Shown: one piece after another, positions 40,646-50,288 of the stretch
Numbering within the stretch: the first letter of the stretch is position 1
Layout: each line of letters begins with the position of its first letter
Origin: Gemmatimonadota bacterium
GTDB taxonomy: Bacteria > 4572-55 > J002
Direction: 5' to 3'
Assembly (NCBI GenBank): GCA_003697105.1
Contig: RFFQ01000186.1
Location: forward strand, 1 to 51,145
DNA: 51,145 nt
The notes under the pieces: model-generated
What the model saw: the letters and a program-made list of their open reading frames with translations, nothing else
Told to the model about the DNA's origin: nothing
Databases searched by the model: none
Made by a program: the position numbers and the translations under genes

Positions 40646-42655
40646 ATGCCGCGATTGACCGTCAATTTAAGTGATGGACTTCAAAAAGTTTACGAGCTTC
40701 GGCAGGGAACAACGACGCTGGGTCGCGGAGCATCCAATGACATTATTTTGAGTGACCCCACCGTCTCCCGCCGGCACGCCCGGATCGAATTAGATAATAA
40801 TCAGGCCGTTCTGGTGGATCAGGGTAGTACAAGTGGGACGTACCGGAACGGTGTTCGGATTGAGCGCGAATCGCTTGCCCATGGGGACATCATCAAATTG
40901 GGGAGTGTGACCGCCCAGTATGACTCCGAACTGATGAAAGTAGTGGAATTAACCACCCGTACCTATACCGCTTCTGGATTAACCCATTTCGCCATTGATC
41001 GCCCCTCGTCCCTTGATGATTCCCGCTCCACATGGGGCGCCACGGCTTCTACCCACCTTGACCCCAATTCCCGCAATTACCAGCGAAAGCTGGGTATCCT
41101 CCTAGATGTCAGCCGTACCTTGAGTTCTGGATATTATAAAGTAGATGACCTGTTGCATCACATTATTGATCTACTCTTCCAGATCATGAGGATTGATCGT
41201 GCCGTGATTTTGCTCCACGATAAAACCACCGATGAATTAATACCCCGAATCTGTCACCCCGAGTTGGTAAGTAAGGAAGACGTCCATTCGGAATTGATCA
41301 TCAGCCGTACCATTACCCGCAAAGTTTTGGAAGAAGGGGTCGCGATCTTGACCTCCGATGCCAGAGCCGATGAGCGGTTTGATGACGCTCAAAGTATCGT
41401 CTCGCAGGCGGTTCGCTCAGCGATGTGTGTCCCGTTGCAGGCAAAAGAGACTGTGGTCGGGGTGCTCTATGTGGATAATCTGGGTGACCCTGATTGTTAT
41501 AATGATGACGATCTGGAGTTCCTAGCGGCATTTGCCAGTCATGCTGCTATCGCGCTGGAAAATGCCAATCTCTACGAAGCTACCGTCAATATGAAAAACT
41601 ACGTAGAGAACATTCTGCAAAGTATTACCAACGCCATTATCGCCATTGACTTGAATGGGATAATTACCCAAGTCAATCTGGAAGCCGAGCGAATCCTAAA
41701 AATGAAAAGCGATGCCTTGGTTGGGACCCAGTACGCCCAAGTTCCCCATCTGGATCAGTTACAACCCTTTTTGGAGCAAGCTTTGCAAGAAGGTCAGTTT
41801 GTCAACCACGTGGAAAGCAAATTTGTATTAGGTCTCGATCTCGAATTGATTCTGGACTTGGGAACACACCCCTTACGTGACCGGAACGAGCAAACCATTG
41901 GTGTGTTGCTGGTGTTTCGAGATGTAACGAAATTGAAATTGATGGAAGAGGGACTCCGCCGGGCAGACCGGCTGGCTACGATTGGACAGATGGCGGCGGG
42001 GATTTCCCACGAAATCCGCAACCCGCTAACCTCAATCAAAGCTTTTAGTGAGCTTATCTATCGTGATGCTGCTGAAGAGAGCCGCCAACGCCGGTTTGCC
42101 AGTATCGTGGTTGAGGAGGTTGACCGCCTGAACGGTATTGTAGAAGGGTTGCTCTCTTTCGCCAAAGAGGGGAAAGGTACTTTTGAGCCTCAGGATGTGA
42201 AAACCATTCTGGAAGAGACCTTGCGGTTGGCAAAAGAACCAATCATGAAAAGCCGGATTGAAGTCATCAAGCACTACGAAGATGACTTACCACTGATTCC
42301 GGCCGATAAAAACAAATTAAAACAAGTACTCCTTAATCTGATCCTCAATGCGGTGCAAGCGATGAAACCCAATGGGACACTAACACTCTCGCTCTCTGCG
42401 GAAAACCTGAATCCCCGCCTCAACACTGCCGCCGTCATTATCGCTATTACCGACACGGGACCGGGTATCTCTCACCAACAACAGGAAAAGATTTTCGACC
42501 CCTTCTTTACAACCAAGCGGGAAGGTACCGGTTTAGGGCTTGCCATTACCCAACAAATTGTAAAGAGTCATGACGGTTTCCTCGAACTGGAAAGCGAAAT
42601 GGGCGTTGGGACAACCTTCCGGGTGATTTTACCACAAATGAATCCCTCAGAATAA
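40646..42655 (+). CDS. FHA-GAF-PAS histidine kinase
   Basis: FHA LGR...VSRRHA...STSGT; GAF SAMCVPL...GVLYVDN; PAS; SHEIRNP; NLILNAVQA; GTGLGL. Confidence 0.9.
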   Translation: MPRLTVNLSDGLQKVYELRQGTTTLGRGASNDIILSDPTVSRRHARIELDNNQAVLVDQGSTSGTYRNGVRIERESLAHGDIIKLGSVTAQYDSELMKVVELTTRTYTASGLTHFAIDRPSSLDDSRSTWGATASTHLDPNSRNYQRKLGILLDVSRTLSSGYYKVDDLLHHIIDLLFQIMRIDRAVILLHDKTTDELIPRICHPELVSKEDVHSELIISRTITRKVLEEGVAILTSDARADERFDDAQSIVSQAVRSAMCVPLQAKETVVGVLYVDNLGDPDCYNDDDLEFLAAFASHAAIALENANLYEATVNMKNYVENILQSITNAIIAIDLNGIITQVNLEAERILKMKSDALVGTQYAQVPHLDQLQPFLEQALQEGQFVNHVESKFVLGLDLELILDLGTHPLRDRNEQTIGVLLVFRDVTKLKLMEEGLRRADRLATIGQMAAGISHEIRNPLTSIKAFSELIYRDAAEESRQRRFASIVVEEVDRLNGIVEGLLSFAKEGKGTFEPQDVKTILEETLRLAKEPIMKSRIEVIKHYEDDLPLIPADKNKLKQVLLNLILNAVQAMKPNGTLTLSLSAENLNPRLNTAAVIIAITDTGPGISHQQQEKIFDPFFTTKREGTGLGLAITQQIVKSHDGFLELESEMGVGTTFRVILPQMNPSE

Positions 42656-42748
42656 CCTTGCTTCGCTTCTTGACATCCCCACGATAGCGGTTTTTACGGT
42701 TGCACCGCAATTCTGTTACCCAACACTACCGGTAAATGTGTATCAGAC

Positions 42749-44260
42749 TTACCAGACTCGCTGTAAATACCCACGTTGATTGAACGTAAGCCGAAATTTT
42801 TCTAATGACCGGTCGGATTTAAATTCGGGATGCTGAGACAGAAATGCTTTCACCGCTTCCATGGGCCCAGGACCAAAATCCGGTAAGACAGGGTGCCCAT
42901 TTACGATCGTATCTTCCACAATCAAATATGAACCCACTGTGACCCATTTGCTGTATGTCTCCATTTCTTGCAACACATGGTCTTTAGTGTGATCACTGTC
43001 CAATATCACCAAAATGGACTTTTTGCCACGTACTTGTTCATAAACCTGATTCACGACCTGTTTGTCTGTGGATGACCCTTCAATATATTGGATACGTGGG
43101 TGGGAGGGTTGCGTCTCTCTCTGTTTGATATCAATACTGATAATTTTTCCCTTGCCACATAGTTCAAGAATAGAAGCAATAAAGAGGGTTGAGCCGCCGT
43201 CGTAGGTACCGGTTTCGATAACCAAATCGGGTTTGAGTCGATAGATGAGTTCCTGATAAATCCACATATCCATGGGGCATTTTTTAGCGGAAACCCCCAA
43301 CCATTTTGTCTCTTCAAACCAGACCCAACTGTTATAATAATCACACAGAAAATCTTCTGCGGTTTTTTGTGGTGAACGCCGGATGGTGTCTCTTAGCCTT
43401 CCCAACCACGAGCGGGTTTGCGCCGGTTTGGTTTGCATGTGTTCAATTTGGGTCTGTAGCGCCCCTAATTTTTGCCATAGGAGTTGGTTTTTGTGCATCA
43501 TTTCGCCGAATTCAATGGCGCGTAACCGTTCGGTTTCTTCCAATAACTCTAGGCTGAATGTGTGACTTTGAAAGCGTTGCCAGCACGCATTTAAGGCTTT
43601 ATTCTGATCAAGTACCGCCGCCGAAACCAAGATACCCAAGCCATAAAATATTGGGAATTGGAGTAACTCAAACGTGATCTGACTCTGCGCGATGAAATCT
43701 TCCAACGCCGTTAGAACACCGTTTCGGGACCCTCCCTCCCCCGTGGCATTGTGTAAATGATGGTTAAACTTGTAATCTTCCCATAGTTCTTTTTCACCGT
43801 ATCGAATCCCAGACTGTTGGTGCGGATGGCGGAATTCAGCAGGAATGATGTCCGGTTGGTAATAAAGGTCGCGGTGACCATAGGGCCAATTCAAATCATG
43901 AAGCAATATCACCGGGAACGTCTCCGCTTGCGGGTGATTTTTTTCAATCGCCTGTAATTCATGGTAGACCGTGTACCAATTATGGTCACCATCAATAAGA
44001 ACCGCGGTAAGGTCTGTCAATTCGGGCAAAATATCTAAACTGTTTTGTTGGTATAATGTGAAGTGTCCACCTATCTCTTGTTCGAGAGTCGCTTTATCAA
44101 ACTGAGGGTACGGTTCGATTACGATCAATGAATTTCCCTTTTTGGTGCAGTGCCGGAGCAACTTTCGGGTGTTTTTTCCACGGTCTGCCCCGATTTCCAC
44201 GATCTGCCCGGAAAGGCAATCGAGTACATCCTCAATAATAATTTCCCAAAAGCGATACAT
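42749..44260 (-). CDS. Fusion of a class I SAM methyltransferase (Methyltransf_24-like) and a CmcI/rhamnosyl O-methyltransferase domain
   Basis: N-part VEIGADRG, IDGDHNWY. C-part KCPMDMWIYQE, IETGTYDGGS, ILDSDH, IVEDT. Confidence 0.85.
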   Translation of the reverse strand: MYRFWEIIIEDVLDCLSGQIVEIGADRGKNTRKLLRHCTKKGNSLIVIEPYPQFDKATLEQEIGGHFTLYQQNSLDILPELTDLTAVLIDGDHNWYTVYHELQAIEKNHPQAETFPVILLHDLNWPYGHRDLYYQPDIIPAEFRHPHQQSGIRYGEKELWEDYKFNHHLHNATGEGGSRNGVLTALEDFIAQSQITFELLQFPIFYGLGILVSAAVLDQNKALNACWQRFQSHTFSLELLEETERLRAIEFGEMMHKNQLLWQKLGALQTQIEHMQTKPAQTRSWLGRLRDTIRRSPQKTAEDFLCDYYNSWVWFEETKWLGVSAKKCPMDMWIYQELIYRLKPDLVIETGTYDGGSTLFIASILELCGKGKIISIDIKQRETQPSHPRIQYIEGSSTDKQVVNQVYEQVRGKKSILVILDSDHTKDHVLQEMETYSKWVTVGSYLIVEDTIVNGHPVLPDFGPGPMEAVKAFLSQHPEFKSDRSLEKFRLTFNQRGYLQRVW

Positions 44261-44262
44261 GA

Positions 44263-45105
44263 CTAATCCTTTTGCCAGTAAACCCCAGTCCAGTCAATCG
44301 GGTGTAAGGGTGCGGTAATGGTGTGGGTTTGGCGGAATTTCTGCACGGCACTTTTGCATTGAGGTACAGCCCCGTAATCATCAATAATGACGAATCCACC
44401 GGCGCTGACTTTTTCGTACAGTGCTGTCAGAACTTGCCAGGTGGAACCGAACAGGTCACCATCTACCCGGAGGAGTGCCAATTGTTGTACGGATACGGTG
44501 GGGAGAGTATCCTTAAACCAGCCTTTCACAAATTTCACTTGAGAATCCAACAAATCGTAACGGCGGAAATTCTCTTGGACAGTTTGCAAGCTGACCGAGA
44601 GTCCGGGAACGTTTTCTTTGTGTAGTTGCAGGGGTTCATCTTCGGGTCGTTCGGGAAGGGGAAGCCCCTCAAAGGAGTCTGCCACCCATACGGTCCGGTC
44701 GGAAATCTCGTGAACCGCCAGAACGCCTCGCATGAAAATGCAAACTCCACCGTGCCATACGCCACATTCAATCAGGTCACCCGGAATATCATTTTTGATA
44801 ATCTCATTCAAACAATATTCGACATTTTCCAGCCGCTTACGCCCAATCATGGTATGGGCATAGACCAGATGTTGCAGGTCATTATGGATATGTTCTCCAA
44901 CTTGCCGTCCGGTATATAATTCCTCGAACATGGTCGGATGCATCTGCCGGATATTGTGTAGCTCCTCAAAGCTGACAGAGGGTTTCCTGAAAAATGGTGA
45001 TTTTTCTTGTAATTTCGTATGCAGGTAGTAAATCCGCAGTTCATTTTCCAGATAAATTTCATTCAATAAGGCGCTTTTGAGGAGATTGAGATAACGTTTT
45101 TTCAT
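44263..45105 (-). CDS. TylF/MycF/NovP family sugar O-methyltransferase
   Basis: PGDLIECGVWHGG, DSFEGLP, GWFKDTLP, LRVDGD, IIDDY. Confidence 0.92.
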   Translation of the reverse strand: MKKRYLNLLKSALLNEIYLENELRIYYLHTKLQEKSPFFRKPSVSFEELHNIRQMHPTMFEELYTGRQVGEHIHNDLQHLVYAHTMIGRKRLENVEYCLNEIIKNDIPGDLIECGVWHGGVCIFMRGVLAVHEISDRTVWVADSFEGLPLPERPEDEPLQLHKENVPGLSVSLQTVQENFRRYDLLDSQVKFVKGWFKDTLPTVSVQQLALLRVDGDLFGSTWQVLTALYEKVSAGGFVIIDDYGAVPQCKSAVQKFRQTHTITAPLHPIDWTGVYWQKD

Positions 45106-45881
45106 TATTTGCCTTTGGTTGGGGGGGTTGAAGTCTTTCCAACAGGGAATTTAATAAAATGGTCCCACCTTCGCTGGTCATAGTTCACCTTTTGAAATAC
45201 AGCAATATTAGACGGTGTTGCGGGTACTTCTTCAAAATCGTTCCGGTTTTTGCGGATAAAATGGATTACAGACTGGATGCTACTCATCCACATATCATCA
45301 AAAATAAGGTAACCGCCTTTTTTACAAAGGGGAGCATACATGTAAAAATCTACCAGAGCGGCGTCAAACAGATGATTCCCATCAATAAAAATTAGGTCAA
45401 ACGTGCGGTTTTGCCGAGCCATATCCACTGCTACCCGGTTTGATGAGTCCTCATAAAACTCAAACGCACTTTTTTCACCCCATTGCGGGGCATGAGTTGT
45501 GGCATGGACGTGACCAATACCCTTCCATGCTCGGGTTTGGTAGGGGTCTGTCGCGGTTAAGTATCCCATTTGATTTTTGGTGATGGCGGCGAGGAAAAAG
45601 AGCGTACTAAATCCATACGCCAAACCGATTTCAATGATGGAGATTGGCTTTTTCGCGAGACAAAATTCATATAACCACATGCCCTGACCGGGACTAATGC
45701 GGGTGAATTCCTCAAGTGGATATAATTGTCCGTCAGCCCCTTTTTGCTTTTCACCCTTATACATGGAGATAAGCGTGGATCTGAAGGGTTCGTTGAGATT
45801 CTCCAATAGGTTTTCTACTGGGGGAACCGTAAGGGGGGACACTGGTTTACCGAATATGTTTCTGAAAATATTTGTCATCAT
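45105..45881 (-). CDS. Class I SAM-dependent methyltransferase (Methyltransf_24-like)
   Basis: IEIGLAYGFS, FIDGNH, IFDD; ATGA overlap with the GT2 stop. Confidence 0.85.
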   Translation of the reverse strand: MMTNIFRNIFGKPVSPLTVPPVENLLENLNEPFRSTLISMYKGEKQKGADGQLYPLEEFTRISPGQGMWLYEFCLAKKPISIIEIGLAYGFSTLFFLAAITKNQMGYLTATDPYQTRAWKGIGHVHATTHAPQWGEKSAFEFYEDSSNRVAVDMARQNRTFDLIFIDGNHLFDAALVDFYMYAPLCKKGGYLIFDDMWMSSIQSVIHFIRKNRNDFEEVPATPSNIAVFQKVNYDQRRWDHFIKFPVGKTSTPPTKGK

Positions 45882-46741
45882 CCGAATCTCCGTTGGATGT
45901 AGGCGGATATATATCCCAAGAAATGGGCTACTTGGGAGAGTCCTAGCAACCCGATTAATTTCATTTTTTGAATCCATCCATATTTTTTTAATCGGAGCGG
46001 GTAGGTTACTAAATTCCGGTAAAAGTAGCGTTCCCCAAGTTGAATATCGGTTTCATATTCTTTTATTTTTTCGTGATAAACAATCGTTGCTGTACCGTAT
46101 TTAAAGTGCATGTTCCAGAAGGTTCGCAGGGTGTGGTTGTGGATATGATGGAGACGGGCATTTTCCACAAATTTCAGATGGTAACCGGTATGCAAGGCTC
46201 TTACACAAAATTCGCGGTCTTCTCCGGCGGAGGTGGGGAAAGATTCATCAAATTGACCGATGGCATAAAATGTGTCGCGATATAACGCAAAATTGTTGGA
46301 GGTAAAAAAGTAGAACAGACTGCCTTCAAAAAAGTGGTACAAGATGTCAATCAATAGTTGCGAAGCTTCAGAGTAACTGTTTGGTAAGATATTGATAGTT
46401 TTCCCCCCAACTATCGCTTTTTCTTCCCGATGCTCCCACAGGACTTGCAACCAATCCGGCTCAGGAATGCAATCATCATCGGTAAAGGCAATAAATTCAC
46501 CCTGAGCCAGTCTGACACCCGTGTTCCGAGCATGAGCGGGTCCCTGATTTTTTTGTTTGTGATACCGGACCCGGTTGTGCAAGTCGAATGACCGGATGAG
46601 GGGTTGAAGATCGATCTTGCTACCATCATCGATTATGATAATTTCCCATTCTCGATCAATCTGCTGGGCGAATAACCCGTTTAAACATTGGAGAAGCATT
46701 CCGGGGCGGTTATATGTTGGAACGATGACGGAAATATCCAC
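45878..46741 (-). CDS. Glycosyltransferase family 2 (GTG start)
   Basis: SVIVPTYNR, IDDGS, GPAHARN, FTDDDC, FDESF...GEDRE. Confidence 0.92.
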   Translation of the reverse strand: MDISVIVPTYNRPGMLLQCLNGLFAQQIDREWEIIIIDDGSKIDLQPLIRSFDLHNRVRYHKQKNQGPAHARNTGVRLAQGEFIAFTDDDCIPEPDWLQVLWEHREEKAIVGGKTINILPNSYSEASQLLIDILYHFFEGSLFYFFTSNNFALYRDTFYAIGQFDESFPTSAGEDREFCVRALHTGYHLKFVENARLHHIHNHTLRTFWNMHFKYGTATIVYHEKIKEYETDIQLGERYFYRNLVTYPLRLKKYGWIQKMKLIGLLGLSQVAHFLGYISAYIQRRFG

Positions 46742-46887
46742 TATACCGGCTTACTCGTAAAACCTAGGAGGGAAATAAAGTTATCATCTATTGAAATCTG
46801 CGAATTGGGGTGTTGCCATGCGAGTTGTACGGCGCTCCTGGGGGCAGTTTCTGCTGTATTTTCTAGTTTCGCTTGCGCTACAACAGG

Positions 46888-47013
46888 TTACTTTTTATAT
46901 TTTTTGAGTCGTTTTTTACGTTCTTTTTTACTCAAGGTGTCCCGTTTGGGGCATTTTTTGCAGAACTTACCTTTTTCTTTGTATTTTTTACAACATTTAC
47001 TGGACGTTGCCAT
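46888..47013 (-). CDS. Small Lys/Cys-rich protein (41 aa from ATG 47013; alternative ATG 47055)
   Basis: MATSSKCCKKYKEKGKFCKKCPKRDTLSKKERKKRLKKYKK; candidate promoter upstream; no clear SD. Confidence 0.55.
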   Translation of the reverse strand: MATSSKCCKKYKEKGKFCKKCPKRDTLSKKERKKRLKKYKK

Positions 47014-47068
47014 CTGTGATTTGCTTGTAGGACTTCGAGCGTTTTTTGACTGCATTTCAAAGAGACCC

Positions 47069-47097
47069 AACGTAAGTAATTCCAGTTATTTTGTCAA
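47069..47097 (-). promoter_or_regulatory. Putative sigma70 promoter for the small ORF and possibly the GT2 operon
   Basis: TTGACA-17 bp-TACGTT on the minus strand. Confidence 0.5.
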
Positions 47098-47123
47098 TAG
47101 CGTAGGACTTTTGAGGTCAGGTC

Positions 47124-49472
47124 ATGGCCCACACGCCCGTATTCTCCTTTATTCGACCGCATCACTTGGCGGTGCTGGTCTTGGTATTTCCACCCCTGAT
47201 CGTTTTCTTTCTGAATCTGGTATTTCCGCTTCCGATAGAGAATCTCACTCCGGAACCTTCGGTGAGGGTCTTTGACCGGAATCATCACTTAATGCGGGCA
47301 TATACCACCTCTGCTGGGCGCTGGCATTTTCCAGAATCATTGGATGAGGTTTCCCCCAATCTGGTTTTAGCCACACTTGCCTACGAAGATCGTTGGTTTT
47401 ACCGGCATTGGGGCATCAATCCTTTTGCCCTGATGCGGGCGTTAACGGTCAATGTTCAGGCGGGGAAAATCGTCATGGGCGGTTCAACCCTGACGATGCA
47501 GATCGCCCGGATGGTGGAACCCAAAGAGCGAACGGTACCCAATAAACTGATCGAAATGTTCCGGGCATTGCAGTTGGAGTGGCACTTTTCCAAGCCGGAA
47601 CTTTTGCGACTGTATTTCAATTTAGCCCCTTATGGCGGCAATTTGGTAGGGTCGGGGGCCGCCGCTCGCTTCTATTTTGGCAAACCGCAAGCACAACTTA
47701 GCCTTGGCGAGGCGGCACTGTTGGCAATTATACCCAATTCACCGAATCAATGGCGGCCAGACCGGTTTCCGCAGGAGAGCCAAGCGCGCCGGGATCTGTT
47801 GCTCCACCAACTGCACACCCGGCGAAAAATTACCACCAAACAATTAAACGAGGCCCTGAGTGAATCGGTGCCCGCCACCCGGCAGAACCTCCCCTTTTTT
47901 GCCCCCCATCTGGCAGATTATCTGCGCCAAACGTTCCCCCGGGAACACACATTTCAAACGACGATTGACCCCCAGATGCAACACCTTGCCCAATCAACCT
48001 TAAACCGCTATTTATTGCCTCTCCGGGCAAAAGAGATTTATCAAGGTGCGGTGGTGATCATCGATGTGCCTTCGCGGGAGGTGCGGGCATTGGTCGGATC
48101 GTTCGATTTTTTTGAGACGGCGCATGAGGGGCAAGTCAATGGTGCCCTTGCACCCCGTTCCCCAGGCTCAACCCTCAAACCCTTTTTGTATGGCTTAGCA
48201 TTGCATCAAGGACGCATCACGCCGGAGACACGTTTAGCCGATGTGCCGGTGGATTATGCCGGTTATTCGCCGGTTAATTATGATGAACAGTTTAGCGGTT
48301 GGGTGCCGGTGCATCAAGCGTTAGCCCGATCATTGAATGTTCCAGCAGTTAACCTTTATGCCCAAATGCGCGGTGGGGATGGGCTTTATTCATTCCTTAA
48401 AGCCGCTGGCATCCGTACCTTGACCGAACCCGAAACGCATTATGGTTTATCTCTGATTTTGGGTGCGTGTGAGGTCAATTTGCTTGAAATGACCAATTTG
48501 TATGCCGGTTTAGCGCATCAAGGGCAGTTTGGAGAGTATCACCTGCTTAAAAAAGACCCTACAGATGTTCAGCGACCCCTTACGGCTGGGGTAGAACTTG
48601 ATCCGGGGGCGTGTTTTATCCTGACAGAGATGTTGACGGAGCTAGAGCGCCCTGATATGCCCGCGACGTGGCAAAAGACCGTCGATTTGCCCAAAGTGGC
48701 ATGGAAAACCGGCACGTCTTATGGTCACAAAGATGCGTGGAGCATCGGCTATTCACCGCGATACGCTATTGGGGTATGGGTCGGCAATTTCGATGGGCAG
48801 GGTGCGCCGGAACTCACCGGTGGGGAAGCCGCCGCTCCCATACTGTTCGCGCTGTTCAATGCCGTCGCGCAGGAGGATCAAATCGATTGGTTTGAAGCAC
48901 CGCCCGCGGTCGCCCAGCGGCAGGTGTGTAGTCTCAGCGGGATGGTGCCGCATGAATACTGCCCGACCACCCAAACCGAATTTTATTTACCCGCGGTCTC
49001 GCCCCGTAAACCGTGTACCGTTCATCTGGGCATTTCGGTGGATGATCAGACCGGATACCGGCTTTGCTCCGTCTGCCGGGTGAATCGAGCCTATCACCGC
49101 GAAACCCGTATTGAATTGCCACCGGAGGTTGCCACGTGGCTGGAACGCCGAGGATATCCTCTTGAACCGCTCCCGGAACACCTCCCCATCTGTACTGCGA
49201 TTCCGGCGGGACAGGCACCGATTATCCGTTCTCCTTCGGCAGATGTGGACTATATTATCCGGCAGGGGGTGGATCGGAAATACCAGCAAATTTTGCTAGA
49301 AGCCAGTGTTTCCAATCGAACCCGAAAAATTTATTGGTTTTTAGACCAAGAATTGATTTTTAGCGGCTTACCCACCGAACCGGTATTTATCACTCCTGAA
49401 AAGGGCATTCATACGTTGGTTTGTATGGATGATGAGAGCCGGCGCACCACAATGACCTTCCGGGTAAAATGA
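47124..49472 (+). CDS. pbpC: Penicillin-binding protein 1C
   Basis: EDRWFYRHWG, GGSTLTMQ, SPGSTLKPF, SLN, KTGTSYG, C-terminal IYWFLD domain. Confidence 0.92.
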   Translation: MAHTPVFSFIRPHHLAVLVLVFPPLIVFFLNLVFPLPIENLTPEPSVRVFDRNHHLMRAYTTSAGRWHFPESLDEVSPNLVLATLAYEDRWFYRHWGINPFALMRALTVNVQAGKIVMGGSTLTMQIARMVEPKERTVPNKLIEMFRALQLEWHFSKPELLRLYFNLAPYGGNLVGSGAAARFYFGKPQAQLSLGEAALLAIIPNSPNQWRPDRFPQESQARRDLLLHQLHTRRKITTKQLNEALSESVPATRQNLPFFAPHLADYLRQTFPREHTFQTTIDPQMQHLAQSTLNRYLLPLRAKEIYQGAVVIIDVPSREVRALVGSFDFFETAHEGQVNGALAPRSPGSTLKPFLYGLALHQGRITPETRLADVPVDYAGYSPVNYDEQFSGWVPVHQALARSLNVPAVNLYAQMRGGDGLYSFLKAAGIRTLTEPETHYGLSLILGACEVNLLEMTNLYAGLAHQGQFGEYHLLKKDPTDVQRPLTAGVELDPGACFILTEMLTELERPDMPATWQKTVDLPKVAWKTGTSYGHKDAWSIGYSPRYAIGVWVGNFDGQGAPELTGGEAAAPILFALFNAVAQEDQIDWFEAPPAVAQRQVCSLSGMVPHEYCPTTQTEFYLPAVSPRKPCTVHLGISVDDQTGYRLCSVCRVNRAYHRETRIELPPEVATWLERRGYPLEPLPEHLPICTAIPAGQAPIIRSPSADVDYIIRQGVDRKYQQILLEASVSNRTRKIYWFLDQELIFSGLPTEPVFITPEKGIHTLVCMDDESRRTTMTFRVK

Positions 49473-49558
49473 GAATCCTTGCGTGATTTGCCCCGATGAT
49501 GTATGTTGGCGCGTGTTCATGACCGGTATCGCTTCTCGGGAAGGAGGTATGTTTTGTT

Positions 49559-50245
49559 ATGAAACCCGTTATCTGCCCGCGGGTGAAAATCTGTTGCATC
49601 ACCTCGATAGAAGAAGCTCAACTTGCCATTGAGGCGGGTGCCGCCGCGTTAGGTCTCGTCTCGGAGATGCCCAGTGGTCCCGGCGTGATTTCCGAAGACC
49701 TTATTGCGGAAATTGCCGCCACCGTACCGCCCCCGATCGCCACGTTTTTACTGACCTGCAAAACGTCGGCCGCAGAGATTATCGCCCAACAGCGCCGCTG
49801 CCGGGTAAATACGGTGCAATTGGTGGATCGGGTACAAGAGGGTACTTACCCACAGTTACGCAAATCGTTACCGGGGATTCATATTGTGCAGGTGATTCAT
49901 GTGGTGGATGAGACCTCCGTATCGGAGGCGGTAGAAATTGCACCGCAAGTAGATGCCTTATTGCTGGATTCCGGTAATCCCAATTTACCGGTCAAAGTGC
50001 TCGGCGGTACCGGCAAAACCCATAATTGGGACTTGAGTCACCGAATTCGGGAGCGGGTAAATGTGCCCGTCTTTCTTGCCGGCGGATTGAAACCCGAAAA
50101 TGTGCCAGACGCTATCCGGCAAGTGGGAGCGTTTGGGGTCGATGTCTGCAGTGGTCTTCGCACCGCGGGTAAACTGGACCCGTCAAAAGTGGAACGCTTT
50201 TTTACCGCAATCCGCCGTACCCATTCCCGGATATTGGCGGCATAA
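49559..50245 (+). CDS. trpF: Phosphoribosylanthranilate isomerase family protein
   Basis: VKICCIT, LLDSG, GGTGKTHNW, FLAGGL, GVDVCSG. Confidence 0.85.
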   Translation: MKPVICPRVKICCITSIEEAQLAIEAGAAALGLVSEMPSGPGVISEDLIAEIAATVPPPIATFLLTCKTSAAEIIAQQRRCRVNTVQLVDRVQEGTYPQLRKSLPGIHIVQVIHVVDETSVSEAVEIAPQVDALLLDSGNPNLPVKVLGGTGKTHNWDLSHRIRERVNVPVFLAGGLKPENVPDAIRQVGAFGVDVCSGLRTAGKLDPSKVERFFTAIRRTHSRILAA

Positions 50246-50288
50246 GTGATGCGGTTCAATCCTTTTTTTAGAATAGAAAGCTCAAAAT

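Noticed and set aside
49559-50245. Orphan trpF as a sign of a novel pathway
   Set aside because: Stand-alone TrpF-family genes are common and the context gives no further support.
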